Shown here: in pieces, positions 16,801 through 25,798 of the stretch
How positions within the stretch are numbered: the stretch's first letter is position 1
Layout of the letters: each line of letters opens with the position of its first letter
From: Bacteroidota bacterium
Lineage (GTDB): Bacteria; Bacteroidota; Bacteroidia; Bacteroidales; Paludibacteraceae
NCBI GenBank assembly: GCA_030706455.1
Contig: JAUZOL010000021.1
Coordinates: forward strand, 1 to 31,443
Direction of reading: 5' to 3'
DNA length: 31,443 nt
Notes under the pieces: model-generated
Seen by the model: the letters and a program-made list of their open reading frames with translations, nothing else
Databases searched by the model: none
Told to the model about the DNA's origin: nothing
Translations under genes and position numbers: made by a program

Positions 16801-18750
16801 TCAGTTTTTTAATTTTGAAATTTCATCATCAATATTTGATATAAATCTATCATATTCTGAAACTAAATTAACGAGAAGTTCATCTAAGCCCTGATTTGAT
16901 ATTCTTCTTTTTTCTATTAGAAATCTTATAATGCTACCACCTATATCCTGAGCTTTGTTGGCATACAAATTAATTAAATAATGAGGGAAAATAGCATTAT
17001 GTGCGATCAGATTTCTTAATCTATATATTTGGATAATATCATTAGATATTTCCTGTTCCTTATTTTTAACACCATCTTTTTTCATATAAAAAGAATCCAG
17101 TTCGTGTAATTTGGTTTTTAAAATTTCGTCATTAATATTTTCTTCAATCTCCTTAATGTGATGAAAAAATTTATTGATATACACTTTATCTCCAACTTTT
17201 ATATTTAGAGAAGCTTTTTCAATAAGATTGCCTGAGATATCTAAATAATTATCATATTGAGTCTTATAGATTATATCGATGTAAGCATCGAAGCAATAAT
17301 TGCGGAAAAATCCTTTAACCATTATGGCGGCAGCAATTCTTTGTACTATTTGGATTGGCGATTTGTTTGACTCCTTATTTCCAGTAGGAGAAGGTTCCAA
17401 AGTAACATTGGTTTTAAGCAGACTTTCAATAGCGATCCAGTGAAATAACAATCTATCTTCGGAATTTTCTGCATATAACCCTTTTTGATACCAATGTGCG
17501 GCTTTTGAAAGTTTTAATGTGTTATCGGTTTGTTTTTGATTAATTGCAGTAAAGCGTTCATCTAATTTAGCTAAATCATTCTCTACAGATGACACTTCTA
17601 ACGAATCCATATCTCTAATAAATTCTTGACGTTTTGAAGAGGATGCTTCGTCTCTGAATGTTATATTAATTCCTGCTATACAGATGCCATTGTTGACAAT
17701 AGAGACATTCTTATTGCTATACTTAATCGGTATTGACGTATTATATGATAATGAAAATAGGTCGAGGATACTCTCTAATCTATGTTTTGCATACGCAATT
17801 GAAGAATGCAACATCTTGTGTTTGATAGGTATTGCAGCATTTAAGCATTTTCGATCTGCACCTATCTCTTCAATCTTTGTAAGTGATGGAGTCTCCGTAA
17901 TATATTTCTTAGAATTAGGGGCATATATGTTAATATCATCAATCGTACTGTCAGTGTCGCCTTTTATGCCTTCCAATCGGAATAATACAAAGCAATCTTT
18001 GGGTTCAATGTAATAGTAATTTTTTAAAACTGATATTCTTTCTTCTACAGAGCGATTGTCAATATAATCTTCTATGGCTTTGTAGTAAGAGTCTTCATTT
18101 GCAAAATTCTCTCTGCATAAACCCCTATAAGTATTTGGAGCACTAACAATCGCTCCTCCCTCCTTTCGTACTATCTCAGGTATGTCATGTTGAATAGATT
18201 GAATATCTTCAATGTTGAAGTCATTTGCTACAAACTCTGAAATAATTAATTCGGTGTATTTATGAATTTCTTTTTTTGTGTCATAATTTAATGTTTGGGC
18301 ATTATTGATAGTGTGAATTAATTGTTCTAATAAGCCATTAAAGTAGTCTCCTTTATTAATTTCATCATTAATTTGCTCGCATAGGCATAAGATGTTTTGA
18401 AGGTATGGATTCTTGTCTGGTCCCTTCGGTTTGTTTGTCAGTCCAAAATACTCGTCCCATTTCTGCTGAAGTTGCTTTATTTCATTACTGAATAGCCTGC
18501 TAAAAACAATATTCGTCACATCCCATTCGTTCAATTGAGACCTAAAAAGGCTACTGTTATCCTTATTCTTTAATCGATTGTATTTAATTTCAGATATAAT
18601 GTTATTAAGAAGAAACCGGGGACTATCAAGAACGATCTCATAGTTGTCTTTATCCCTTAGTTTTTCAATGCAATAACTCCAGTATTTATCCCAGTACTCA
18701 ATCGGAGTTTTTATAGGTATATTTAATATTTTTCGTATGGCATCATTCAT
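16801..18750 (-). CDS. Hypothetical 649-aa protein with a C-terminal HEPN-like domain (putative RNase; candidate abortive-infection or defence protein)
   Basis: The C-terminal third has a helix-1-like block LSKAAHWYQKGLYAENSEDRLLFHWIAIESLLK and the motif IYRLRNLIAHN. RNLIAH reads at 16999-17016 on the minus strand and fits the HEPN Rx4-6H signature. I recognise no motif in the N-terminal ~400 aa. The gene is very AT-rich compared with its neighbours. Confidence 0.6.
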   Translation of the reverse strand: MNDAIRKILNIPIKTPIEYWDKYWSYCIEKLRDKDNYEIVLDSPRFLLNNIISEIKYNRLKNKDNSSLFRSQLNEWDVTNIVFSRLFSNEIKQLQQKWDEYFGLTNKPKGPDKNPYLQNILCLCEQINDEINKGDYFNGLLEQLIHTINNAQTLNYDTKKEIHKYTELIISEFVANDFNIEDIQSIQHDIPEIVRKEGGAIVSAPNTYRGLCRENFANEDSYYKAIEDYIDNRSVEERISVLKNYYYIEPKDCFVLFRLEGIKGDTDSTIDDINIYAPNSKKYITETPSLTKIEEIGADRKCLNAAIPIKHKMLHSSIAYAKHRLESILDLFSLSYNTSIPIKYSNKNVSIVNNGICIAGINITFRDEASSSKRQEFIRDMDSLEVSSVENDLAKLDERFTAINQKQTDNTLKLSKAAHWYQKGLYAENSEDRLLFHWIAIESLLKTNVTLEPSPTGNKESNKSPIQIVQRIAAAIMVKGFFRNYCFDAYIDIIYKTQYDNYLDISGNLIEKASLNIKVGDKVYINKFFHHIKEIEENINDEILKTKLHELDSFYMKKDGVKNKEQEISNDIIQIYRLRNLIAHNAIFPHYLINLYANKAQDIGGSIIRFLIEKRRISNQGLDELLVNLVSEYDRFISNIDDEISKLKN

Positions 18751-19005
18751 TATTTAATCAGTATTATAGAGAATACAATCAACGCAATTAATCTCTTCTT
18801 CCCCCCCTGGGGACTTGATATCAGCGCGGCTAATTGCAATCCGATCCGCTTAATACTCCTACTTACTGCCTTTGGACACTAAATATTTACGATCCAAAGC
18901 TACAAATTTATCTTTGTAAAACAAGATTTATCTTAATTAGTGTATTTTTTTGCACCGACGAATCTGCGATTCGGGGTTGATAGGAGAAAGAAAGGATCGT
19001 TTCGC

Positions 19006-19866
19006 TTAGTGCTGTTCGTTGCGGTAGCGCGAGGGAGTCATGCCCGTCAGTTTTTTGAAGAAGCGGCACAGAAAGGCTTCACCCGGGTAATCGAGTTGGT
19101 CGGCTATCTCTTTCAAGGGCGTAGAGTCGGATTTCAGCCGCAGCTTCAGCTCGGCTACCGCATAGTTGTTAATCATCTCTTTTGCGGTGTTGCCGGTGCT
19201 CTCCTTGGCAATAATGGAGAGATATTTGGGGGTGATGCAAAGCTCGCTGGCAAAAAACGACACTTCGCGCCGGTTGGGATGTTGTTTGAGCAGTTGCAGA
19301 AAGGCCTCGTGGAGTTCCTTCTTGCGCTGCCGGGGTTGCGCGTAGATATCGTTTCGCCTCACAATCTTGCTGTAGAGATCGAGATAGAAGTTGCACAACA
19401 GGTTCTGGATAATTTCGCTCCGGCACACGTTGGCGGTATTGGTATAGCGCTTGTCCAAAATAGCGAAATATTCGGTGAAGAGTTCTTCCTTCTCCTCTTC
19501 CGGCAACGAGTAGGTAGCATTCTCCTTCAGAAACCCGATAAAGGCAGCCGGAAAACGGAACAAGATCTCATCGATCAGGTGGTTGGAGAAGGAGAAGTAG
19601 GCAAATTCAAAATCGTCCGACTGCTTCCATCCCAACAGAATCACCCCGGGAAACACGAGGAAGATATCGTTTCGTTTCAGGCGGCACGACTGCAAGTCGA
19701 CGTTGATATCGGCATACCCGTTCAGGCAAATCATCACCAGGCAACTCTCCGAACGGTGGGGCAACGATCCGAGCGAAATGTCGTTGCTTTTGAGGGAGAT
19801 GTGAAAGTGAGATTCTATCTCCTGATTGTTGCCGAAATTTAAGGAGGTGGCTTTGTTGGGATTCAT
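19006..19866 (-). CDS. AraC family transcriptional regulator (286 aa)
   Basis: The N-terminal domain is cupin/AraC-binding-like. The C-terminal dual HTH reads ELCITPKYLSIIAKESTGNTAKEMINNYAVAELKLRLKSDSTPLKEIADQLDYPGEAFLCRFFKKLTGMTPSRYR. Confidence 0.9.
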   Translation of the reverse strand: MNPNKATSLNFGNNQEIESHFHISLKSNDISLGSLPHRSESCLVMICLNGYADINVDLQSCRLKRNDIFLVFPGVILLGWKQSDDFEFAYFSFSNHLIDEILFRFPAAFIGFLKENATYSLPEEEKEELFTEYFAILDKRYTNTANVCRSEIIQNLLCNFYLDLYSKIVRRNDIYAQPRQRKKELHEAFLQLLKQHPNRREVSFFASELCITPKYLSIIAKESTGNTAKEMINNYAVAELKLRLKSDSTPLKEIADQLDYPGEAFLCRFFKKLTGMTPSRYRNEQH

Positions 19867-19887
19867 CGGTTGTTCCTAATTTGTATG

Positions 19888-19895
19888 CAAAAGTA
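19888..19895 (-). promoter_or_regulatory. -7 promoter box TACTTTTG (minus strand) for the AraC gene
   Basis: Plus-strand caaaagta at 19888-19895 is TACTTTTG on the minus strand, 22 nt upstream of ATG 19866. Confidence 0.45.
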
Positions 19896-20019
19896 CGCTC
19901 TTTTTCTCATTTGGTATCCTTGTTTGTGGAAATAAAGTCAATTTTCATAGAAATCCTGATAGTTGTTCTTTCTCCGATTAAATTGACCTTTGCAGACTCA
20001 AAATTTTAATGTATCTGTA

Positions 20020-21342
20020 ATGAATCGACTTACAAAAACAGTTTCCATTCTCTTCTCGTTCTTTCTTATTCCTCTTGTAATTAACGCACAAACGACACAA
20101 AAACTGAGCCTCACTCAGGTCTGCCAACTGGCAATTGAAAACAGCAAACAGTTGCAACTTTCGCGCACCGAAACCGAAGTGGCACAAAAAGCTACGAAGG
20201 TAACCGAAACGTTGCGCACTCCCTCGCTCGACGCTTCACTATCGGCCTCTTATATTGGCAACGGAAGCATCAGCAACCGCCTATTCGGCAATTGGCAGTC
20301 GGCAGTGATGCCCCATTTCGGCAACACCTTCAGCTTGCAGGCCTCTCAGGTTCTCTTTGCCGGTGGAGCCATTTCGGGTAATATAGAAAAAGCCCGGCTT
20401 CAGGAGCAGGTGGCTCGGTTGCACTACCAGCAGAAGGAGCTCGATATCTGCTTTCTGATTACCGGATACTATCTCGATCTCTCGAAACTGCAAAATCAGC
20501 GGGAGGTGCTGCTGCAAAACATTAGTCGCACCGAGCTGTTGATCAAACAGATCCGGTCGAAAGAAAAAGAGGGCATGGCGCTGAGCAACGATGTGACCCG
20601 CCACGAACTGATGATGCAAAATCTGAAACTGGGGCTTATCGAGGTCGACAACAACAGGAATATCATCAACAACCAGCTGGCGTTAACCCTCGGATTGCCC
20701 GCCGGGACGCAAATTGTTCCCGACTCATCGGCTTTGGCGAACGACCTGAACTTAATCAACCGCGAGACCCTCATGGCAACGGCACAGAATAACCTCCCCG
20801 AATTGAAGACGGTAGCTCTCAATAAACAGATTGCCGCCAAGGAGGTGACCATTGCCCGTGCCAACTACTACCCTCATCTGTCGCTCTTTGCAGCAAATGA
20901 ATTCAACGGACCTATTCTGATTGAGGTTCCGGTTATCAACAAAAACTTCAATTACTGGTATTTCGGCCTGGGTGTGAAATACAATCTGGCTTCGCTCTAT
21001 AAGAACAACCGCAAAGTGGCGCTTGCCAATCAGTCGCAGCGGGTTGCAGCCAGTGCCGAGGCGGTGGTGATGGAGCAAACGGCAATCGCACTACACAATG
21101 CTTATACCAACTACACCGAAGCTGCTGAAAAGGTAAGCGTGTATGAAACGAGTCTGCGCTTAGCCCGCGAGAATTACGACATTATTTACAACCGCTATCT
21201 GAACGGTTTGGTGCTGATTACCGAAATGCTCGATGCCAGCAACACCCAACTCGATGCCGAACTGGCGGTGGTTAATGCACGACTCAAACTGAGCTATTGC
21301 TACTACAAACTGCTGCGCGAAACGGGCTCCAGATTTTATTAA
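20020..21342 (+). CDS. TolC family outer membrane efflux protein
   Basis: The track ORF starts at TTG 19990. The ATG at 20020 gives MNRLTKTVSILFSFFLIPLVINAQT, a signal peptide. It has the two-repeat TolC architecture (LSLTQVCQLAIENSKQLQ...; C-terminal ARLKLSYCYYKLL). Confidence 0.85.
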   Translation: MNRLTKTVSILFSFFLIPLVINAQTTQKLSLTQVCQLAIENSKQLQLSRTETEVAQKATKVTETLRTPSLDASLSASYIGNGSISNRLFGNWQSAVMPHFGNTFSLQASQVLFAGGAISGNIEKARLQEQVARLHYQQKELDICFLITGYYLDLSKLQNQREVLLQNISRTELLIKQIRSKEKEGMALSNDVTRHELMMQNLKLGLIEVDNNRNIINNQLALTLGLPAGTQIVPDSSALANDLNLINRETLMATAQNNLPELKTVALNKQIAAKEVTIARANYYPHLSLFAANEFNGPILIEVPVINKNFNYWYFGLGVKYNLASLYKNNRKVALANQSQRVAASAEAVVMEQTAIALHNAYTNYTEAAEKVSVYETSLRLARENYDIIYNRYLNGLVLITEMLDASNTQLDAELAVVNARLKLSYCYYKLLRETGSRFY

Positions 21343-21364
21343 CAATTGGGTTGTAGCCAAATTT

Positions 21365-21587
21365 CACCATTAAGGCATGAAGAATAAAAGCCAGAGTGCT
21401 GAATTTCCTCATTCTACCATAATATCGCTTCTCCGAAGCCGAGAAGCCACGTTGAGTTCCGTTAGGAACGCAATTATGGTAGTAAGTAGTTATGTTAGTA
21501 TGAATTTGAGCTCCGTAGGTGCGAAATTATAAAAAGTAAAGATGATTTTATGAACGACCACCATTGAGGCATTAAGAACAAGAAGCC
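21365..21587 (+). repeat. Imperfect direct repeat pair (about 24 of 29 positions) bracketing the structured element
   Basis: CACCATTAAGGCATGAAGAATAAAAGCC (21365-21392) versus CACCATTGAGGCATTAAGAACAAGAAGCC (21559-21587), aligned by eye. Confidence 0.5.
21414..21482 (+). other. Predicted three-way-junction RNA or REP-like structured element in the tolC-hlyD spacer
   Basis: The closing stem CTACCATAAT (21414-21423) / ATTATGGTAG (21473-21482) is 10 perfect bp. It encloses two hairpins: GCTTCTC cgaagcc GAGAAGC (21427-21447) and GTTCC gtta GGAAC (21456-21469). Confidence 0.4.
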
Positions 21588-21706
21588 TTATTTTCTTCAT
21601 TTCTTAATAGTTAATTTAAATTTAAGTTCCATCGGGACAAAAGGTTTATAGTAAACATTCGGCAAAAACACAACGGTATATATTTATTCTTGACACATAT
21701 TTTATC

Positions 21707-22741
21707 ATGGCAAAAAAGACAACAAAACTGGTATTTAACATTGTAGTAGGACTGCCGCTGGTTGGCGGCATTGTGTGGGTTTTCTCTCATTTTGTGCATC
21801 TGGGAAATGTTGAATTCACCGATAACGCGCAGGTGCAACAGCAAATTGTACCGGTCAACTCCCGGGTACAGGGATTTATCAAAGAGATCCGTTTTAAAGA
21901 GTATCAGCCGGTATACAAAGGCGATACGTTGGTGCTGATCGAAGATGCTGAGTTCCGCTACCGTCTTGCTCAGGCCGAAGCCGATTATCAGAATGCCCTG
22001 ATCGGTAAAAAGGCGATGGGAACCACCATTCAGACCACTCAAAGCAATATCGGGATGACCGATGCTACTATCGAAGAGGCCAAAGCACGGCTTGAAAATG
22101 CAGAGAAAGAGCAGACACGTTACAAAAACCTGTTGGCTCAGAAAGCGGTCACTCAACAGCAGTTTGACGATATCAACACCAATTACAGAGCGGCCAAAGC
22201 CCGCTTCGACCAGTTGCTCCGGCAACGCAACTCTACCTCTTTGGTAAAGAGCGAGCAAAATATTCGCCTCAACCAGAATGATGCTGCCATTAAACTGGCC
22301 AAAGCCGCGTTCGAACTGGCACGTCTCAATCTTTCGTACACGGTCATCGTGGCTCCCTGCGACGGCGTGACCGGACGCAAAAACATTCAGGAGGGGCAGC
22401 TCATTCAACCGGGACAGGCCTTGCTCGATGTAGTGAACTCGAACGAAAAGTGGGTCATTGCCAACTACCGTGAAACGCAAACCGCCAATATTCGCCCGGG
22501 TATGTCGGTAGAGGTGAAGGTGGATGCAATACCTGGTGTTACATTCAAAGGGGTGGTACAAACGCTCTCTAAGGCTACCGGAGCCAGTTACTCGCTCTTC
22601 CCGCAGGATAATTCGGCCGGCAATTTTGTGAAAGTAGAACAACGCATTCCGGTGCGGATTGTCTTTTCCGCCCAAAACAAGCCCGAAGATCTGGCACAAC
22701 TGAGCAAGGGAATGAATGTTGAGTGTGAAGTAAACTATTGA
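21707..22741 (+). CDS. HlyD/EmrA-type membrane fusion protein (344 aa)
   Basis: It has an N-terminal TM anchor, then TDNAQVQQQIVPVNSRVQGFIKEIRFKEYQPVYKGDTLVLIEDAEFRYRLAQAEA, a long coiled-coil, and the C-terminal GMSVEVKVDA..G..FKG.V block typical of EmrA-like adaptors. Confidence 0.88.
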   Translation: MAKKTTKLVFNIVVGLPLVGGIVWVFSHFVHLGNVEFTDNAQVQQQIVPVNSRVQGFIKEIRFKEYQPVYKGDTLVLIEDAEFRYRLAQAEADYQNALIGKKAMGTTIQTTQSNIGMTDATIEEAKARLENAEKEQTRYKNLLAQKAVTQQQFDDINTNYRAAKARFDQLLRQRNSTSLVKSEQNIRLNQNDAAIKLAKAAFELARLNLSYTVIVAPCDGVTGRKNIQEGQLIQPGQALLDVVNSNEKWVIANYRETQTANIRPGMSVEVKVDAIPGVTFKGVVQTLSKATGASYSLFPQDNSAGNFVKVEQRIPVRIVFSAQNKPEDLAQLSKGMNVECEVNY

Positions 22742-22746
22742 AAAGA

Positions 22747-24336
22747 ATGCACCAACACACAGGAAAATTTACTATTCCCGACATACGGGATTTTGTACCG
22801 GGAAAAATTAAACCCTGGATACTGCTGGTTTTCGCGCTGATCTTTCAGCTTTCGGGAGGCGTTTACATGGCCTCTGCCAGTGAGATGAAAGGTTCGCTTT
22901 CATTGCTTCAGGAGGATATCATGATGGCCGGATACGCTTCGTTGGTTGGGCTTGCCCTCAACTTCAACCTCATGTTTCGGCTCAAGTTTTACCTCCCGAC
23001 CAAAGATAGCCTGATCATCTGTTCGTTGGTTATCGCGGCCTGCAATCTTATCTGCATGAACACAGACAATGTGCCGTTGTTGACGGCAGTGTCCTTTGTA
23101 TCGGGCTTTTTCAGAATGTGGGGCACTTTTACCTGTAACACCAATATCCAGTTGTGGATCACGCCCAAACGCGACATGACCGTCTGGTTCTGTTTTATAC
23201 CGCTTATTGTGCAGGGTAGTCTGCAATTGTCTGGCTTGGTCTCTATTTATACCGCCTGGCTGGGAACCTGGCAGCTGATGCACTGGTTGGTTATCGGGTT
23301 GTTGCTCTCGGTTACACTCATCACGTTTCTCATTTTCCGACACTACCGCTCGATGCCGAAACTGCCATTGTTCGGTATCGACTGGATGGGAATGATGTTG
23401 TGGGCCACTACGTTGATAAGTCTGATTTTCGTATTCAACTACGGCGAATATTTCGACTGGTTTCACTCCCTCTATATCCGGGTGGGAGTGCTGATCGCAT
23501 TCGTTTCGTTGGGGCTGAATCTGTGGCGTGCCTCTTTTATCCGGCATCCGTTTATCGGACTGCGTACCTGGCTGTTCCGGCCGGTGTGGGCAACATTTAT
23601 TGCCTACCTCATTCTCGATCTGTTGCTGAGTCCGTCTCATTCTATCGAGCATATCTATTTTCAGGGCGTACTGGGGCACGATGAACTGAACTATATTTCG
23701 CTCAACTGGTCGATTCTGGTCGGAGTGGTGGTGGGAATGGGATGCAACTATCTCCTTTTTGCCCGTCGTAAATGGACCTATAAAAACATGACGATGCTCG
23801 GCTTTGTGTTTGTTCTTGCCTATCTAGTCATGATGTATTTTATAGTGGATGCTAACCTGCCGAAGGAACGGATATTGCTGCCTCTGTTTATGAGAGGCTT
23901 CGGATACACCATTATTGCCGCAGTGTTTCTTACGGCTCTCACATCGTCGCCATTCCCGGTTTTCGTAGAATCGCTATCGGTGCAGGCCTTTATGAGTGCC
24001 TGTTTGGGTGGCGTTATCGGCGATGCTTTTGTGAACCAGCTTTTCAATATTACCTTGAAAAAGAACCTGATACTGGTCGAGGGAAATTTCGACAATCTCA
24101 ACCAGTCCATTGCTCACATTCCACAGTCGGAACTATTCCAACAGTTACAAATGCATAGCATGATGGTCAGTATCAAGGAAATTTACGGGTGGCTCTGCAT
24201 TGCCGGTTGCTTTGGGTTGCTGCTGTTTTTCATCTGGAAAAGCACCCTGCGTCCTAATACGTTTCATCCCAAGTTCAGCACCATTCGCCATGCCATCAAG
24301 CATCAGCTGAGGCTGGACCGGATGTCGGACAACTGA
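22747..24336 (+). CDS. Polytopic inner-membrane efflux permease, divergent MFS (EmrB/DHA2-like) by context
   Basis: The track start at 22738 is TTG overlapping the hlyD stop. The first ATG, at 22747, gives MHQHTGKF... About 12-14 hydrophobic segments. It occupies the position of EmrB in a TolC-EmrA-EmrB arrangement. I could not see a canonical MFS D-R-x-G-R motif, so the family call rests on context. Confidence 0.6.
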   Translation: MHQHTGKFTIPDIRDFVPGKIKPWILLVFALIFQLSGGVYMASASEMKGSLSLLQEDIMMAGYASLVGLALNFNLMFRLKFYLPTKDSLIICSLVIAACNLICMNTDNVPLLTAVSFVSGFFRMWGTFTCNTNIQLWITPKRDMTVWFCFIPLIVQGSLQLSGLVSIYTAWLGTWQLMHWLVIGLLLSVTLITFLIFRHYRSMPKLPLFGIDWMGMMLWATTLISLIFVFNYGEYFDWFHSLYIRVGVLIAFVSLGLNLWRASFIRHPFIGLRTWLFRPVWATFIAYLILDLLLSPSHSIEHIYFQGVLGHDELNYISLNWSILVGVVVGMGCNYLLFARRKWTYKNMTMLGFVFVLAYLVMMYFIVDANLPKERILLPLFMRGFGYTIIAAVFLTALTSSPFPVFVESLSVQAFMSACLGGVIGDAFVNQLFNITLKKNLILVEGNFDNLNQSIAHIPQSELFQQLQMHSMMVSIKEIYGWLCIAGCFGLLLFFIWKSTLRPNTFHPKFSTIRHAIKHQLRLDRMSDN

Positions 24337-24341
24337 CCGGG

Positions 24342-24599
24342 CTAATCGATATATCCGATCTCTATCTGCTCTTCGCGGAGCAAGGTCAGCGATTTGGAGC
24401 AGATATTGCGGCTACAAAGAAGCGTAATTTCCACTGCGGGATTTACGCTTTTGATTTGTCGTGCCATTTGCACTATTTTTTCGGCGTCTTTACGGATGAT
24501 GCGGCTTTTGATTACTTTGCGAATGCCCAGATGGTTTTCACCCAGCTCTTCCAGCTGAACACGAGCAGGTAATCCGTAATATGTCGGGTTGGTTTCCAT
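24342..24599 (-). CDS. Hypothetical small protein (85 aa)
   Basis: The internal ATG at 24599 gives METNPTYYGLPARVQLEELGENHLGIRKVIKSRIIRKDAEKIVQMARQIK... The longer track version (to 24698) would overlap the divergent DUF4395 gene region. No family recognised. Confidence 0.4.
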   Translation of the reverse strand: METNPTYYGLPARVQLEELGENHLGIRKVIKSRIIRKDAEKIVQMARQIKSVNPAVEITLLCSRNICSKSLTLLREEQIEIGYID

Positions 24600-24767
24600 A
24601 GAGAGGATTGATTTTGAGACAAAGATACGATTTACACTCGATTGGTGATGCGGCATTATGAGTTCGCAATACCATGTTTGTGGTATAAAAATACTCAATG
24701 TGTGGGATTGATTCCGGATGTGCTGGGTAGTATTTTTGTGTCAGTAATAACTCACAGAATAACGGAT

Positions 24768-25229
24768 ATGCAAACCAAAGCGATATGCCCCATCAACAAT
24801 AAAAAAGCGGATGAAAACGTAGCCCGCAGCAATGCAGCTCTTACCGTGTTGTTTTTAGTAATCTTTCAGCTGAGTGCAAATCCACTCATAATTCTTTTTC
24901 TACTGGCCGACTTTTTGTTGCGAGGTTTTGACCTTGCGGCCTATAGCCCTTTGGCCTTCGTGTCGAAAAAGGCGGTGTCCGTTTTGTCGCTTCAACCCAA
25001 AGTGATTAATGCCGGCCCCAAATTCTTTGCGGCCAAAATAGGAACTGTCTTCAGCTTGTCGATGCTTGTGTCTACTCTTTTGGGATTAAATCAACTGGCG
25101 TTCGTGATTAGTGCTGTGTTCGGAGTTTGTGCCTTGTTAGAGGCGGCAGTCGGCTTTTGTCTGGCTTGTAAAGTATATCCGTACACTTATAAACTGACTC
25201 ATTTCAATATATCTAAAGTCATTCAATAG
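24768..25229 (+). CDS. DUF4395 domain membrane protein
   Basis: The ATG at 24768 gives MQTKAICPINNKKADENVARSNAALTVLFLV...LLADFLLRGF..SPL...GPKFFAAKIGTVFS...AVGFCLACKVY. The blocks match my recollection of DUF4395. Confidence 0.7.
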   Translation: MQTKAICPINNKKADENVARSNAALTVLFLVIFQLSANPLIILFLLADFLLRGFDLAAYSPLAFVSKKAVSVLSLQPKVINAGPKFFAAKIGTVFSLSMLVSTLLGLNQLAFVISAVFGVCALLEAAVGFCLACKVYPYTYKLTHFNISKVIQ

Positions 25230-25376
25230 AGAGATTGCTGTTTTGTGAGTAAAGATTAGGTACTTTTGCCATTCATTCTGTTTTTAGTGCTAATTTGGTA
25301 CATAAAACAGGATGATTCATATCTATCCAATAAAGCAGCCATTTCAACTCAAACAATGTTTTCTGATTTACCGGGC

Positions 25377-25730
25377 TTACTTCAATTGTAAAAAATCACC
25401 ATCGATGATCATGAGTTTCACGCCTTGCTCCGTGCTCGACCGGTGTGAACTCAATTCGTCGGAAACCACGTAGGTCATGCCCTTTGTCAAAGTGAAGCGT
25501 TCGCCATTTTCCAACTCGCTTACAAATTCACCTTCCAGACAATGAACGATGTGTCCCTTTTTACACCAATGGTCGGCTAGATATCCCTTCGAATATTCCA
25601 CTATCCGGACTCTTAATCCCGGAAACTGCATGGTTTGCCAGAATGCGGTTCCACTCTCTCCTTTATGCTCGGTTTTTGGAACTTCGTTCCACCCGATTAC
25701 CTGAAACGGGATATTAGAATCTTTTGTCAT
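25377..25730 (-). CDS. Small cupin-fold protein (DHCW-motif cupin type)
   Basis: 117 aa. VEYSKGYLADHWCKKGHIVHCLEGEFVSELENGERFTLTKGMTYVV, a single cupin barrel with a DHxC..GH motif. Confidence 0.7.
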   Translation of the reverse strand: MTKDSNIPFQVIGWNEVPKTEHKGESGTAFWQTMQFPGLRVRIVEYSKGYLADHWCKKGHIVHCLEGEFVSELENGERFTLTKGMTYVVSDELSSHRSSTEQGVKLMIIDGDFLQLK

Positions 25731-25798
25731 ATTTATTAGGTATTAATTTTATTCCTTGTCGCCACGGCTTTCGTATCAATCATAGATCAGCGGAGCTA

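Noticed and set aside
18959-18973. Hairpin CGAATC tgc GATTCG downstream of the AraC stop, as a terminator
   Set aside because: On the transcribed (minus) strand the stem is followed by an A-run, not a U-run. The T-run precedes it on the plus strand, where there is no gene to terminate.
16772-18984. 8-nt direct repeat TTGATAGG (16772-16779 and 18977-18984) flanking the HEPN island, as possible target-site duplication
   Set aside because: An 8-mer shared between two spacers of ~150 and ~250 nt is expected by chance about half the time. There are no accompanying terminal inverted repeats and no integrase or transposase.
18940-19842. 300-aa plus-strand ORF opposite the AraC gene
   Set aside because: It is an antisense shadow of a well-supported AraC-family CDS. 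The translation is low-complexity and has no recognisable family. The TATCTTTG box at 18909-18916 on the plus strand is probably coincidental.
21611-22699. 362-aa minus-strand ORF opposite the HlyD/EmrA gene
   Set aside because: It is a shadow ORF. The plus-strand frame has clear EmrA-family motifs, while the minus-strand translation is R/L/G-rich with no family signal.
22900-23679. 259-aa minus-strand ORF inside the MFS-like permease gene
   Set aside because: It is a shadow ORF with a highly charged, Q/R/P-rich and implausible translation. The plus-strand frame is a coherent polytopic membrane protein.
25278-25310. CTGTTTT...AAAACAG stem between the convergent DUF4395 and cupin genes, as a bidirectional terminator
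   Set aside because: The 7-bp stem is AT-rich, the loop is 19 nt, and there is no flanking T-run. It is too weak to call.
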